NCBI GenBank assembly: GCA_031402655.1
Contig: JANNSO010000119.1
Location: forward strand, 72,764-136,763
Length of the DNA stretch: 64,000 nucleotides
Origin: Spirochaetota bacterium
GTDB lineage: Bacteria; Spirochaetota; Spirochaetia; Treponematales; UBA12059
Reading direction: 5' to 3'
Shown one piece after another: positions 54,609 to 64,000 of the stretch (position 1 is the stretch's first letter; every line of letters begins with the position of its first letter). Both the position numbers and the translations under genes were made by a program. Below the pieces are notes generated by a model. The model worked only from the letters and a program-made list of their open reading frames with translations. It was not told the DNA's origin and made no database searches.

Positions 54609-56012
54609 TTAGTCCATATCATGGCCTATGAGGCGGCGCAGCTCGCGAATCCTTGAGTCCTCGATGCGCACGTGCATGTTTTTTTCCTGCATGGGTATAA
54701 CAAGTCCTTTGGGACCGTTTTTGGCCCTGCGCAGGTATTTAACGAAAGTATAATAAAGGTCTCCAGCTCCGGCAGATCTAGCTTTGGAGTAATAGAGGGC
54801 CAGGGTTCCCGCATCCAGCAGCGTTTCCAGCGGTACGCTCTTTCCCGAGCGGGACTTGATGAACACATAAGAGCCCGAGTAGTCGCGCGCGTGCAGCCAC
54901 ATGTCGTTACCCTTTACGTGCCTTCGGAGCAGCTGGTCGTTTTCCGGGGCGGATCTACCTATCAGTAAGAGCCAGCCGTCCTTCTCGAGGGAAAGACCGG
55001 GAAAACGGCGAGTCGTTTCGGCCACCGAGCTCTTCTTTTTTATGAGGAAGGCGCGTATGGCGTGCGGGTTGTTTTCCGTCTCCACGGCCGCGGCGTCTTT
55101 TTCCAGCGCGTCCACGGCTGTCTGCGCCGACTGGATTTCCAGCATGGTTTCCACGGCGCCCGATTTTGCCTTTTTCGACTTTTCGTAATAATCCCCGGCG
55201 TTGGAAACCATGTTCTTTTTTGGATCAATCCGGATTCGGATTTCGCCGCCCCGGTAAAAATCATCGAGAACAACTTCGTTTTTCAGCGGAACAGCCTGCC
55301 CGTTAGCCATGAGTATGTCGCCAATTTCCCGAAAGCGCTCGGGATCGGAATACTCCTGCGCCGTTTTGTCAAGGGATGCCAGCCTTCCGGCCAGCACGTG
55401 CCTCCTGCCGTCCAGCCAGGCCTTTGCTTTTTTAAGCAATGCGTCCCGCGACAGTTCCGCTCCGTGCTCCGCGTAGTACCGGTCTATTCTGTCGTTGAGC
55501 GTACCCTCCCCGGGAAAGTCGCGAAGCGCGAATTCCCGCGGCGCGAGCTTCCCGGATTCAGGAGAGTACAATTGCCCGGCGATCTCGCCGCGCAGGGGTT
55601 TCCTGGCCAGTACATCGATTATCCGACCGTCCGCTTTGGTAAGAATCACGTTTGCCGCGCCGGACCACAGCCGCACATACAGCCAGCGCTCCCCCTCGTC
55701 GTAGCCGAGTCGAATCTTTATGATGCGCTCGGTACCTAGCTGTTCGATCGATTCTATGCGGGCACCCCGCACGTGCGCCCGTAGAAGTTCGGTAAAGCGC
55801 TGCGGCTTTTCCGTTTTATGCACCGGGTAGCGCGTTGTGTGGATGCGGCAGGCTCCGTGGGCGACGCAGATGAGGAGCTCAGTTGCCTTTCCGGGTTTGT
55901 ACAGCGACAGCACGATGGTGTCGTAGGCGGGCTGGGTTATTTTTTGCAGCTGCGCGCCGGCGAGATCAAGCTCGGCCAGAACCGCGTTTATCTCTTTCCA
56001 GTTAAGCGACAT
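54609..56012 (-). CDS. NFACT-family protein (FbpA/RqcH-like, DUF814 C-terminus)
   Basis: 467 aa. NFACT-N-like N-terminus (LQKITQPAYDTIVLSLYK...QLGTERIIKIRL) and a DUF814-like C-terminal region (DMWLHARDYSGSYVFIK). It is shorter than the roughly 570-aa RqcH proteins I remember. Confidence 0.78.
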   Translation of the reverse strand: MSLNWKEINAVLAELDLAGAQLQKITQPAYDTIVLSLYKPGKATELLICVAHGACRIHTTRYPVHKTEKPQRFTELLRAHVRGARIESIEQLGTERIIKIRLGYDEGERWLYVRLWSGAANVILTKADGRIIDVLARKPLRGEIAGQLYSPESGKLAPREFALRDFPGEGTLNDRIDRYYAEHGAELSRDALLKKAKAWLDGRRHVLAGRLASLDKTAQEYSDPERFREIGDILMANGQAVPLKNEVVLDDFYRGGEIRIRIDPKKNMVSNAGDYYEKSKKAKSGAVETMLEIQSAQTAVDALEKDAAAVETENNPHAIRAFLIKKKSSVAETTRRFPGLSLEKDGWLLLIGRSAPENDQLLRRHVKGNDMWLHARDYSGSYVFIKSRSGKSVPLETLLDAGTLALYYSKARSAGAGDLYYTFVKYLRRAKNGPKGLVIPMQEKNMHVRIEDSRIRELRRLIGHDMD

Positions 56013-56026
56013 GGCACGATACCTCC

Positions 56027-56058
56027 AAAAAAAGCCGACGGGCTAAATCCCCGTCGGC
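56027..56058 (-). terminator. rho-independent terminator after secA, abutting the SD of the NFACT gene
   Basis: The minus strand reads GCCGACGGG-7 nt loop-CCCGTCGGC followed by seven U. GGAGGT follows immediately, and the ATG is at 56012. Confidence 0.7.
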
Positions 56059-56066
56059 CATTATCG

Positions 56067-58835
56067 TCATGAACCGTGGCAGTGTTTGTATTTCTTTCCC
56101 GAGCCGCAGGGGCAGGCATCGTTTCTGCCTACTTTAGGAACCGTTCGCACGACCGTGGCCGCCTTGAGCGCCGTGCCTTCCGCCATGGGACCCGCCGCCT
56201 GCCTTCCCGTCGGTGCCTGAGCTGCCGCCATGCCGAATTGTCCGACTTCATCATGGCGCGTCGCGCCAACGCTGCTGACCACGGAGCGCACGTTTCGCTC
56301 TTCCTGTTTCTGCACGCGCACGAGAAACAGGTTCGTGGCCACCGATTTGCGTATCTCTTCTATCATGATGTCGAATATCTCGAAGCCCTCAAGCTTGTAT
56401 TCGAGCAGCGGATTCTTTTGGGCGTAGTGCCGCAGGTAGACCGCTTCGCGGAGCCCTTCCATATTTTCCAGGTGATCCAGCCATTTCTGGTCGATGGTGG
56501 TTAAATATTTCCAGCGCAGGAAATGGTTAAGGTTTTCGCTGCCTGCCATCGCCCGTTTTTCGTTAAGGTCGTCGTCGAGCAGGACTCGCGCCGTGTCGCG
56601 GAGGGTTTCCACCTTGCGAATTTCCGGTGAATCCTGGTGGTAGGGCAGCTGAATGCCAAACTGGTCTTTCAGGTCGGTTTGCAGGTTCGACCAGGCAAGG
56701 GCGGGGTTATTCTTGCCCGTGCTTACGAAAGTTTCCAGGAGCAGGTCGAGCATTTCTATGCCGGTGTTCTTGACGCGATCGGAAATGTCCTCGTCGTGCA
56801 CGATGCTCGTGCGCTGTTCGTACACGAATTTACGCTGTTGGTTCAAGACATCGTCGTATTCCAGGAGGTGTTTGCGTACCTCGAAGTTTCGCTCCTCCAC
56901 CTTTTTCTGTGCTCCCTCTATGGTGCGGTTGAGTAGCGGATGGTTGATGGCCTCTCCTGGTTTCATGCCGATGCGCTGCATCAGGCTCTTAAGTTTGCTG
57001 CCGCCGAACAGACGCATCAGCTCGTCGTCCAGCGAAATAAAGAACTTGGAGCGCCCAGGATCGCCCTGGCGACCCGAGCGGCCGCGCAGCTGGTTGTCGA
57101 TGCGCCTCGATTCATGGCGCTCCGTTCCCAGGACATAGAGTCCGCCCGCCGCCTTTACTTCCTCGTAATCCTTGCGCCATGACTCGAATTCATCCTTGAG
57201 CACTTTTTTGAACGTTTCGGCATCTGCCTGGGTGCCGGCTTTTTTTCGCGCGCGGTAATCGGGATTGCCGCCCAGTTTTATGTCGGTGCCTCGGCCTGCC
57301 ATGTTGGTGGCTATGGTGACTGCCCCTCTGGAACCGGCTTCCGCGATGATAGTCGCCTCGCGGGCATGGTTCTTGGCGTTCAGCACCTCGTGCCGGATGC
57401 CTTTGCGGGTAAGTGCCGCCGAGAGCTTCTCGGATTTCTCGATGGAAACGGTTCCGATGAGCATGGGTTGGCCCTTGGCGTGAGCCTGGGCTATTTCGTC
57501 GCAGATGGCGTCGAATTTTTCGTCTTCGTTCAGGTAGACGAGGTCGTCCTCGTCGTTTCTGGTTACCGGCCTGTTGGTGGGTATGACGATAACGTCGAGG
57601 CTGTAAATCTTGGAAAATTCGACCGCTTCCGTTTCCGCGGTTCCCGTCATTCCGGAGATTTTGCCGTACATGCGAAAGAAGTTCTGGAAGGTGATGGTGG
57701 CCAGAGTCCTGTTTCTTCGCGCTATCTTGATTCGTTCCTTGGCCTCGATCGCTTCGTGGAGGCCGTCGGAATAGCGCCTGCCGTGAAGGATGCGCCCGGT
57801 AAATTCATCGACGATTTGAACAAGGCCGTCCTGAACGACGTATTCCACGTCCTTGGAAAACATTTCCCGCGCCCGGACCGCCTGTATGAAGTAATGGGAA
57901 AATTCAAAATTCTGCTCGTCGAACAGGGACCCCTGGATAAGGCCGCGTTTCTTGAGCAGTTCCTCGATTTTTCCAAGACCATCGGAGGTAAAGGATATTT
58001 TTTTGTTTTTTTCCTCTTTTTTGTAATCGCCCACCATTATTTCGCCGTTTTCTTCTTTTGGATATTCTCCCGTGGCAGGATCCAGGGCTACTTCCACAAG
58101 ATTACCGACAAGGCGGCTGACTTCGTTTATTTTAAAGGTATCGTCTTCCGCGGCGCCCGATATGATAAGGGGCGTGCGCGCCTCGTCTATGAGTATCGAG
58201 TCGATTTCGTCTATGACGCAGTAGTGGTGTCCGCGCTGTACCCGCTGCGCCGGATCCATGGTCATGTTGTCGCGCAGGTAGTCGAAGCCAAGTTCGTTGT
58301 TGGTGGCGTAGGTAATGTCCCTGCCGTAGGCGACTCGTCTGGCGTCGTTATCCATGTTGGAAAGTATCGCCCCCACGCTTACGCCGAGGTATGCGTATAC
58401 TTGTCCCATCCACAGGGCGTCGCGTTCCGCCAGATAGTCGTTTACCGTTACTATGTGGACGCCCTTGCCGCTCAGCGAATTAAGGTAGACCGTGGAAACG
58501 GAAGAAAGGGTTTTTCCCTCTCCGGTCTTCATTTCCACGATTTTGCCGCTGTGCAGCACTATACCGCCCATTATCTGGGTATCGAAGGCGCGCTCGCCCA
58601 GTGTACGGCGGGCAGCTTCCCGCGCAAGGGCGAATGCCTCGGGCAAAAGCTTTTCGAGGGATTCCCCGTCGGCTACGCGTTTGCGCAGCTTTGCCGTTTC
58701 GGCAGGGAAATCTTCCGGTTTGAGCGCCATTGCCCACGCTTCTTTTTCGTTGACCGCATGGAGGGCTGGTAATAATTGTTTTATGTCGCGCTCTCGTTTT
58801 GAACCAAAGAGCGCGGTTAGGGGGTTGAAGGCCAT
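56067..58835 (-). CDS. secA: preprotein translocase ATPase SecA
   Basis: 922 aa. MKTGEGKTL Walker A, a DEAD-like VIDEIDSILIDEA motif, and the C-terminal zinc-binding tail CPCGSGKKYKHCHG. Confidence 0.97.
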   Translation of the reverse strand: MAFNPLTALFGSKRERDIKQLLPALHAVNEKEAWAMALKPEDFPAETAKLRKRVADGESLEKLLPEAFALAREAARRTLGERAFDTQIMGGIVLHSGKIVEMKTGEGKTLSSVSTVYLNSLSGKGVHIVTVNDYLAERDALWMGQVYAYLGVSVGAILSNMDNDARRVAYGRDITYATNNELGFDYLRDNMTMDPAQRVQRGHHYCVIDEIDSILIDEARTPLIISGAAEDDTFKINEVSRLVGNLVEVALDPATGEYPKEENGEIMVGDYKKEEKNKKISFTSDGLGKIEELLKKRGLIQGSLFDEQNFEFSHYFIQAVRAREMFSKDVEYVVQDGLVQIVDEFTGRILHGRRYSDGLHEAIEAKERIKIARRNRTLATITFQNFFRMYGKISGMTGTAETEAVEFSKIYSLDVIVIPTNRPVTRNDEDDLVYLNEDEKFDAICDEIAQAHAKGQPMLIGTVSIEKSEKLSAALTRKGIRHEVLNAKNHAREATIIAEAGSRGAVTIATNMAGRGTDIKLGGNPDYRARKKAGTQADAETFKKVLKDEFESWRKDYEEVKAAGGLYVLGTERHESRRIDNQLRGRSGRQGDPGRSKFFISLDDELMRLFGGSKLKSLMQRIGMKPGEAINHPLLNRTIEGAQKKVEERNFEVRKHLLEYDDVLNQQRKFVYEQRTSIVHDEDISDRVKNTGIEMLDLLLETFVSTGKNNPALAWSNLQTDLKDQFGIQLPYHQDSPEIRKVETLRDTARVLLDDDLNEKRAMAGSENLNHFLRWKYLTTIDQKWLDHLENMEGLREAVYLRHYAQKNPLLEYKLEGFEIFDIMIEEIRKSVATNLFLVRVQKQEERNVRSVVSSVGATRHDEVGQFGMAAAQAPTGRQAAGPMAEGTALKAATVVRTVPKVGRNDACPCGSGKKYKHCHGS

Positions 58836-58907
58836 GGCTCTTAATCTATATCTTTTAGGTATGCGCGGTCAAGGTAATACTGTCCGCAACGTTCCGGAGG
58901 CCAGCAC

Positions 58908-60170
58908 ATGAAGTTCATAAAATCACGTATCGCTTTTTTCGCCGCAGTCGCAGGCACGGCGGCGTTAATGCTATCGTGTTCAAATAACCGGGTTGTCGAG
59001 ACGCTCAAGCGGGAACAGCTGTATACGATGAGTTACGGGCTTCTCGAAGACCAGTTGAACCTTTTTACCCTGGAAGGAAGCGCAGCTCCTCTAAAGACCC
59101 GCCTGGCGATGCGCGACGGTATCTTTTATATCGTAAACGGAAGCGCAGGCAAGGTTCTTACCACTTCCTCCTTCGGCGACCTTCTGGCTATGATTTACAA
59201 CCCCGAGCGCAATCCTCCGCCCATCGTGCTCAAGATCGTCGACCCCAACCTTCCCGTCGATGCTTCCCAGGCTCCACGAACCCGAAGCGCGGTCTCCTAC
59301 CCATTCAACGAGCCCGGCGAGATCGCCGTAAACTCCAAGCGCTCATTGTTCGTGGAAGACCGCGTACCCGAGGAACGACGGAGCAAGGACGCAGAAACAG
59401 GAGCGGAGCTCGAGTACGTCGTGGTTCGATTCGCCTCTGACGGCACTTATATGGACTACCTGGGCCAGGAAGGCGTGGGCGGTACGCCGTTTCCCTTTAT
59501 TTCAGGCGTGCATATAACGGCGAACGACGAATGTATCGTCGTAACGGTAATACCCGATGCCTGGACAGTCTTTATGTTCGATGAACGGGGAGCACTCAAG
59601 TCTACCGTTACCATCCGGCGGAATGAACTGCCTCACCCGGACACGGGCGGCAAGCAAGTCCCCGACGACGAGCGTATCGCTTCGCTGGACAGTATCTATC
59701 CCGATCCCGAGAGCGATACTCTTTTAATCAAAATCGATTACTTCAGGGAAACCGTCGATCCTGAAACGAAAACGCCTTCAGGCATCATACTGGATTCCAG
59801 CTATGTATGGCAGATGGACAGGGGGAGCGGCGTTTATATCGGTAAGCACGAAATTCCCGCATTCGAGTCTATTTCCGCCAAGAAAAACGGAGAAGCGATC
59901 ATAGCGCGGAGTTGGGATTTTGTCGGCTCAGCCCGAGGCTCCCTGTTTTTTACCTCCAGCGACGAGGATGGAGCCACCTATTACGCGCTGTACGGGCTTT
60001 CGAATCATTCTTTTAAACGATACCAGTTGCGCATAGATGCCGAGGAACTTAAGTACACCGCATATTCCCTTTCCCTGGACGGGATACTAAGCGCGGTTCT
60101 CTGCACCGAGTTCGAGGCCAGGCTGGTCTGGTGGCGTTTCGACAAAATACTTGGCGGCATCGGCTCATGA
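58908..60170 (+). CDS. hypothetical lipoprotein
   Basis: 420 aa. Signal peptide with lipobox LMLSCS. No motif recognised. Confidence 0.6.
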   Translation: MKFIKSRIAFFAAVAGTAALMLSCSNNRVVETLKREQLYTMSYGLLEDQLNLFTLEGSAAPLKTRLAMRDGIFYIVNGSAGKVLTTSSFGDLLAMIYNPERNPPPIVLKIVDPNLPVDASQAPRTRSAVSYPFNEPGEIAVNSKRSLFVEDRVPEERRSKDAETGAELEYVVVRFASDGTYMDYLGQEGVGGTPFPFISGVHITANDECIVVTVIPDAWTVFMFDERGALKSTVTIRRNELPHPDTGGKQVPDDERIASLDSIYPDPESDTLLIKIDYFRETVDPETKTPSGIILDSSYVWQMDRGSGVYIGKHEIPAFESISAKKNGEAIIARSWDFVGSARGSLFFTSSDEDGATYYALYGLSNHSFKRYQLRIDAEELKYTAYSLSLDGILSAVLCTEFEARLVWWRFDKILGGIGS

Positions 60171-61714
60171 AGAACCTCGTCTCCTGCGAGTATTCCCGCC
60201 TCCTTGAAAGGCAAATCCAGGAATCCTGCCATATTTCTTCCGATATACTTATGGAAAATGCCGCAAGGGGCATGTATTCAATAATCAAGGATCGATATGG
60301 CGGGGATTCCATCGTTGCACTTTGCGGTGGCGGAAATAACGGGGGTGATGCCTTGGCCGTTCTGCGGCACGCGCTCTTCGACGGAGCGCAAAATTGCGTG
60401 GCCATCGTCACGGATCCCCCCTGCGAGCAAACGATGCGGCGAATTGCGGAAGCCAGGGGAGCGGGCGCCTTGATTCTCGAAGCCGCCGATGAACGCGTAC
60501 CCGCTTTTTTGGAACATGCCAAAATTATCCTCGATGGCCTGACGGGAACCGGTGCCAGGGGGGCGCTGCGGGGACAGAGCCTGTACCTGGCCTCTCTCTG
60601 CGGCACAGCTGGGGCAATCATAGCGGCCGTGGATATTCCTTCGGGTATGTTCGAGTCATGCTCCCCCGGCGGATGGTCCGATGATACTTCCCTGGTTCTG
60701 AAAGCACATCGTACGCTTACGGTCGCGCCAGCGAAAGCCATGCTCTATTATCCGGCCTACCGCTCCTCCTGCGGCGAAATAATGGAAGTCCGCGGGGTGT
60801 TCCCCGAGGGTTGCGCTTCAAAAAGCCCTATTGCTCTCTATGACGAAAGCGACCTGAGCCGATTATTGCCTGTATTGGCCGCTGACATGCATAAAGGAGA
60901 CCGGGGTAATCTGGGTATCTACGCGGGTTCGGTGGGCAGTACCGGAGCCGCCTTGCTGGCTGTAAAAGCGGGAGTAGCCTCGGGGGCGGGCACGGTTACT
61001 CTGGGTGTTCGCGACGAACTGTACTCCCTGTTCGCGGGAAGAGTCTCCGGCACCATGGTTCGCCCCCTGTCTCTGGGAAACAGCCGCGATTATCAGGCCA
61101 TGCTGATTGGTCCGGGGCTTGGAATAGACGACACGAGCCGTACCTTGCTGGAGCAGTGCTGGAACACAGCTATTCCACTGGTGGTGGATGCGGATGCACT
61201 GCGCATGCTTGGCACGCGCAGCGCCCGTCGGCGAAACGCCGCGGGTACCGTAGTTACGGTACTTACGCCGCATCCAGGCGAACTGGCGGCCATAATCGCG
61301 AACTGCGCCATGATAGAGCACAGCGAGGCAGAGCATCGCATTCGTTTTGATACATACCCGCTGTGCCTGGAACTAGCCCGTCGCTTCGACAGTATCTTAG
61401 TTCTTAAAACTTCGGTAAGCTGGATCGTGCATCCCGATGGCCGGGCAGCCGTATACGACGGCAGAATCCCGGCATTGGCCACCGGCGGCTCAGGCGACGT
61501 ACTCGCAGGCGCTTTGGCCGGCCTGCTGGCGCGGGGGATGGACCCCTTCGACGCCGCAACCGCCGCGACTATTGCCCATGGTCTGGCCGGCCGTATTTTG
61601 GAGCGGGAAAAAGGCTTTTTCGACGCCGCCGAATTAACGGAGCCTTTGGCTTTAGTGATGTATGGGCTCAAGCGCCCGCAAAGGAATTATGATGGAAACA
61701 CGGGAGAAAGATAA
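60167..61714 (+). CDS. nnr: bifunctional NAD(P)H-hydrate repair enzyme Nnr (epimerase plus ADP-dependent dehydratase)
   Basis: Preferred start is MKNLVSCEY, with an ATGA overlap with the upstream gene. YjeF_N motif CGGGNNGGDALAV. The C-terminal carbohydrate-kinase-like domain has HKGDRGNLGI and GGSGDVLAG. Confidence 0.88.
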   Translation: MKNLVSCEYSRLLERQIQESCHISSDILMENAARGMYSIIKDRYGGDSIVALCGGGNNGGDALAVLRHALFDGAQNCVAIVTDPPCEQTMRRIAEARGAGALILEAADERVPAFLEHAKIILDGLTGTGARGALRGQSLYLASLCGTAGAIIAAVDIPSGMFESCSPGGWSDDTSLVLKAHRTLTVAPAKAMLYYPAYRSSCGEIMEVRGVFPEGCASKSPIALYDESDLSRLLPVLAADMHKGDRGNLGIYAGSVGSTGAALLAVKAGVASGAGTVTLGVRDELYSLFAGRVSGTMVRPLSLGNSRDYQAMLIGPGLGIDDTSRTLLEQCWNTAIPLVVDADALRMLGTRSARRRNAAGTVVTVLTPHPGELAAIIANCAMIEHSEAEHRIRFDTYPLCLELARRFDSILVLKTSVSWIVHPDGRAAVYDGRIPALATGGSGDVLAGALAGLLARGMDPFDAATAATIAHGLAGRILEREKGFFDAAELTEPLALVMYGLKRPQRNYDGNTGER

Positions 61715-62198
61715 CGTTACCTATTACTATAACCGGGAACGGCGCTTGGCTAACGCAAGCGAGCAGGCGCGTTTCGCGGCTACCATGCTAACGCGGAAGC
61801 GCACAGGCTTTTTTGGCACCCTGGTAGCTTCGGCCAGCCTGAAAGTTATGTTCGTAGTCATGGTTCTATGCGTCATCGCCTCGGGACTCCTGTATCTATC
61901 GACGGGAACGCGGGACAAGGGCTCGCTGGCCGGCTATTCGGTCTTTTTGAGCGCTTTGTGGTTTGAAGGCGATGTCTATATTTCCGTTAACAGAAGTCCC
62001 GGCTTTTTAAAGCCTGCACCGGTTCCAGTCCAGTTTTCCATGCTGGCCACCGTGGGCAGAGAGGCTGTCTCCTTTATTTTGCCCGCGGCGGAAGCATCGG
62101 GAAAAATAAAGATGCCGGTACGCGAAAAGCCCAAGCTGGCTGCGGTAATCGTAAGCTGCGGCGATGAGAAGCTGGACTTGATTTGTCCGGTAAAGTAG
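61689..62198 (+). CDS. hypothetical membrane protein
   Basis: About 169 aa, starting from MMETREKDN. It has one central TM segment (KVMFVVMVLCVIASGLLYL). The start is uncertain. Confidence 0.5.
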   Translation: MMETREKDNVTYYYNRERRLANASEQARFAATMLTRKRTGFFGTLVASASLKVMFVVMVLCVIASGLLYLSTGTRDKGSLAGYSVFLSALWFEGDVYISVNRSPGFLKPAPVPVQFSMLATVGREAVSFILPAAEASGKIKMPVREKPKLAAVIVSCGDEKLDLICPVK

Positions 62199-62266
62199 AA
62201 ATCGCAAAGCTCCTTATTGACCCCGTATAGTCTTTCCAGTATGGTAGATAGCAGGGAGAGCGCAGA

Positions 62267-62677
62267 ATGATACAGTTTTATTTTCTGAGCGTGCTTCTCA
62301 ACGTTATTGCGGGCTATGCCCTGTTTTCCTTTGCTGCCGAAGCCAAAGGCTCTAAATTCGACGGTGTACGCGAGTTCGTCAAGGATCCGGTAATACGGCT
62401 CGTCGTCGGCGTCTTATGCGCCACGGTCGGCTTTATGAAGCTGCTTACGGTCATGCGCGGAGATATCCCCGTGGTAGGGGATCTTATTCCGTCCTTTGCC
62501 GGCATGGCAGCCGGTTTTACCATGCTCCTCGAGTTCTACCGAAGCAATTCTACCGTTAGCACCGCCACATTGGAAAAGCTTGACCGGATATTTATAACAA
62601 ATCGCCGCCTTGTTGGAATTATTTCCATGGCCAGCGGTTTTGCCCACTTCCTGTTTGCCAATATTCTATTCCTCTAA
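62267..62677 (+). CDS. hypothetical integral membrane protein
   Basis: 136 aa with four predicted hydrophobic helices. No motif recognised. Confidence 0.55.
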   Translation: MIQFYFLSVLLNVIAGYALFSFAAEAKGSKFDGVREFVKDPVIRLVVGVLCATVGFMKLLTVMRGDIPVVGDLIPSFAGMAAGFTMLLEFYRSNSTVSTATLEKLDRIFITNRRLVGIISMASGFAHFLFANILFL

Positions 62678-62685
62678 AAGATAGC

Positions 62686-63081
62686 GTGATGCCGTATAAA
62701 CGATCGGTTGCGGGTATCGCCATCAAGGGTGGCAGGGTGTTTATAGCCAAAAGACCGCCCGGAGGAGACCTCGGCGACAAATGGGAGTTTCCCGGCGGCA
62801 AACTTGAGCCTGGCGAAGACGACGCCCAGGCGCTTATACGCGAATATCGCGAAGAATTCAATATAACAGTCACCGTTGGAGCTTTTCTTGGCGAAACGAG
62901 TTTTTTACACGACCGTTGCGTGTACCTCCTGGCGGCGCAGCGCATCGAACTGCCTGAAACCCCCGTATCCCTTGTCGAACACAGTGCCGTCAAATGGGTA
63001 GACGCGGAAACCCTTATTCAGCAGGACCTTGCGGATTCAGACAGGTCGCTGCTGCCTTTTATTCTTCCCTTATTGGTGTAG
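62686..63081 (+). CDS. Nudix hydrolase (MutT-like)
   Basis: 131 aa. Nudix box GGKLEPGEDDAQALIREYREEFNI. Confidence 0.8.
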   Translation: MMPYKRSVAGIAIKGGRVFIAKRPPGGDLGDKWEFPGGKLEPGEDDAQALIREYREEFNITVTVGAFLGETSFLHDRCVYLLAAQRIELPETPVSLVEHSAVKWVDAETLIQQDLADSDRSLLPFILPLLV

Positions 63082-63088
63082 GATTCTG

Positions 63089-63322
63089 TCAATTCACTTC
63101 TTGGTCGAAGAGACCCAGTTCGGGCTTACCGTCGGGAATGGCGGGCTGGTTGAGGAGAATCTCCACGCGGCCTTCCAGTTTGCCCATGTCTTTTTCGAGG
63201 CTGCGTGATAATTTTATGCCTTCTTCGAAAACGGTCACCGCTTCTTCCAGGGGTAGGGCGGTGTCGCGTATCTGCTCGGCGAGTTGTTCAAGGCGTTCCA
63301 GTCGTTCCTCGAAATTTTTCAT
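63089..63322 (-). CDS. xseB: exodeoxyribonuclease VII small subunit
   Basis: 77 aa. The pattern [15 protein letters not shown]...[19 protein letters not shown] is typical of XseB. It overlaps xseA by 4 nt. Confidence 0.88.
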   Translation of the reverse strand: MKNFEERLERLEQLAEQIRDTALPLEEAVTVFEEGIKLSRSLEKDMGKLEGRVEILLNQPAIPDGKPELGLFDQEVN

Positions 63323-64000
63323 GTTGAGCTCTCCTTGATTATGGCGGATGCCTTTCCGACGGCGAATTGTATGCTTATCGCGTCATTGCGGCTTAGTTCA
63401 GAACAGTTCCGGATGGCTCCCGCCTCCCCCTGCTTGTGAACCACGGCGAAGCCGCGCGCGAGTATCGACGCCGGATCGGCCGCCGCGAGAATGGCGCCTG
63501 CCTGCGCCAGGCGGTTGGCTGTACGGGTTTTGGACGATTGTATTCCGTAGAGCAGGGCTTCGCGGCTGTAATCCATGCGCTGACGGTAAGGCTGCAGGTT
63601 ACGTTCAAGCTTGAGGGCGAGCGCTTCGCTCGAAAAACCCTGGATAAGCATGCGGGCGTGCCTGAGCCGCGATTTTATCTCGCCGATCAGCGCATTTTCT
63701 GAATTGGCTGCGCGCACTCTTACGGCTGATGCGCTTTCCGATACCAGTTCCGCCGCTGCGCTGGGGGTAGCCGCCCGAAGGTCCGCCGCGTGGTCGCACA
63801 GGCTCCAGTCGATCTCATGACCCACGGCGCTTATTACGGGTATGCTTGAATCGGCCACTGCCCGCACAAGCGCCTCGTCGGAAAATGCAAGCAGGTCTTC
63901 GAGCGAGCCCCCGCCGCGGCCGATGATGATCACCTCGCCCATTCCAAAGGCATTGGCCGTTTTTATCTGGCGAACCAGGGCGTCCGGGGCATCGGCGCCC
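63319..64000 (-). CDS. xseA: exodeoxyribonuclease VII large subunit, 3' part (gene continues past the right edge)
   Basis: [61 protein letters not shown] is the conserved XseA catalytic region. The reading frame stays open upstream of the track's internal Met, up to position 64000. Confidence 0.88.
   Translation of the reverse strand, partial: GADAPDALVRQIKTANAFGMGEVIIIGRGGGSLEDLLAFSDEALVRAVADSSIPVISAVGHEIDWSLCDHAADLRAATPSAAAELVSESASAVRVRAANSENALIGEIKSRLRHARMLIQGFSSEALALKLERNLQPYRQRMDYSREALLYGIQSSKTRTANRLAQAGAILAAADPASILARGFAVVHKQGEAGAIRNCSELSRNDAISIQFAVGKASAIIKESST

Overview
Gene-dense, moderately GC-rich chromosomal segment that reads as core genome, not an island. I saw no IS or transposase, integrase, prophage, CRISPR array or recognisable defence or toxin-antitoxin genes. 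The lineage is probably a spirochaete-type diderm. This is an inference from the tmk / tamB-bamA-skp arrangement, seen alongside Firmicute-like spoVG, prp, mcsA-mcsB-clpC and an NFACT/RqcH-like gene.

Gene order, left to right:
- BMP-family binding protein (partial).
- A minus-strand sugar operon: binding protein, two permeases, GH4 glycosidase, LacI regulator.
- ruvA-ruvB-queA, a small MshEN-like ORF, a TrmH-family methyltransferase, two secreted hypotheticals and tmk.
- tamB-bamA-skp, then ligA with two paralogous membrane proteins and a DUF167 gene.
- MerR/GyrI regulator, GyrI-like protein and argS.
- rplU-prp-rpmA, obg, an LCP protein and rsfS.
- A hyper-acidic protein, spoVG, tRNA-Gln, rplY, tilS-ftsH and a large secreted repeat protein.
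- A 9-kb chemosensory operon: STAS-cheA-cheR-cheB(frameshifted)-cheY-cheW-REC/HK-REC-REC/PAS/HK.
- An ABC importer, mcsA-mcsB-clpC, the rqcH-like gene and secA.
- A lipoprotein, nnr, two membrane hypotheticals, mutT and xseB-xseA (partial).

The best candidate for something undescribed is the MCP-less chemosensory/two-component cluster. Its CheA carries two back-to-back MshEN-type (c-di-GMP-binding) motifs, and a stand-alone 59-codon MshEN-like ORF lies elsewhere in the window.

Other points worth a second look:
- Two dispersed families of structured hairpin repeats. One shows compensatory substitutions between copies, and one copy is embedded in the ligA 3' end.
- A McsB homologue missing the kinase signature residues.
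- A Tmk with the Walker-A lysine replaced.
- A Prp protease next to an L27 that has no pro-peptide.

All calls come from reading the sequence and remembered family motifs. No database search was run.
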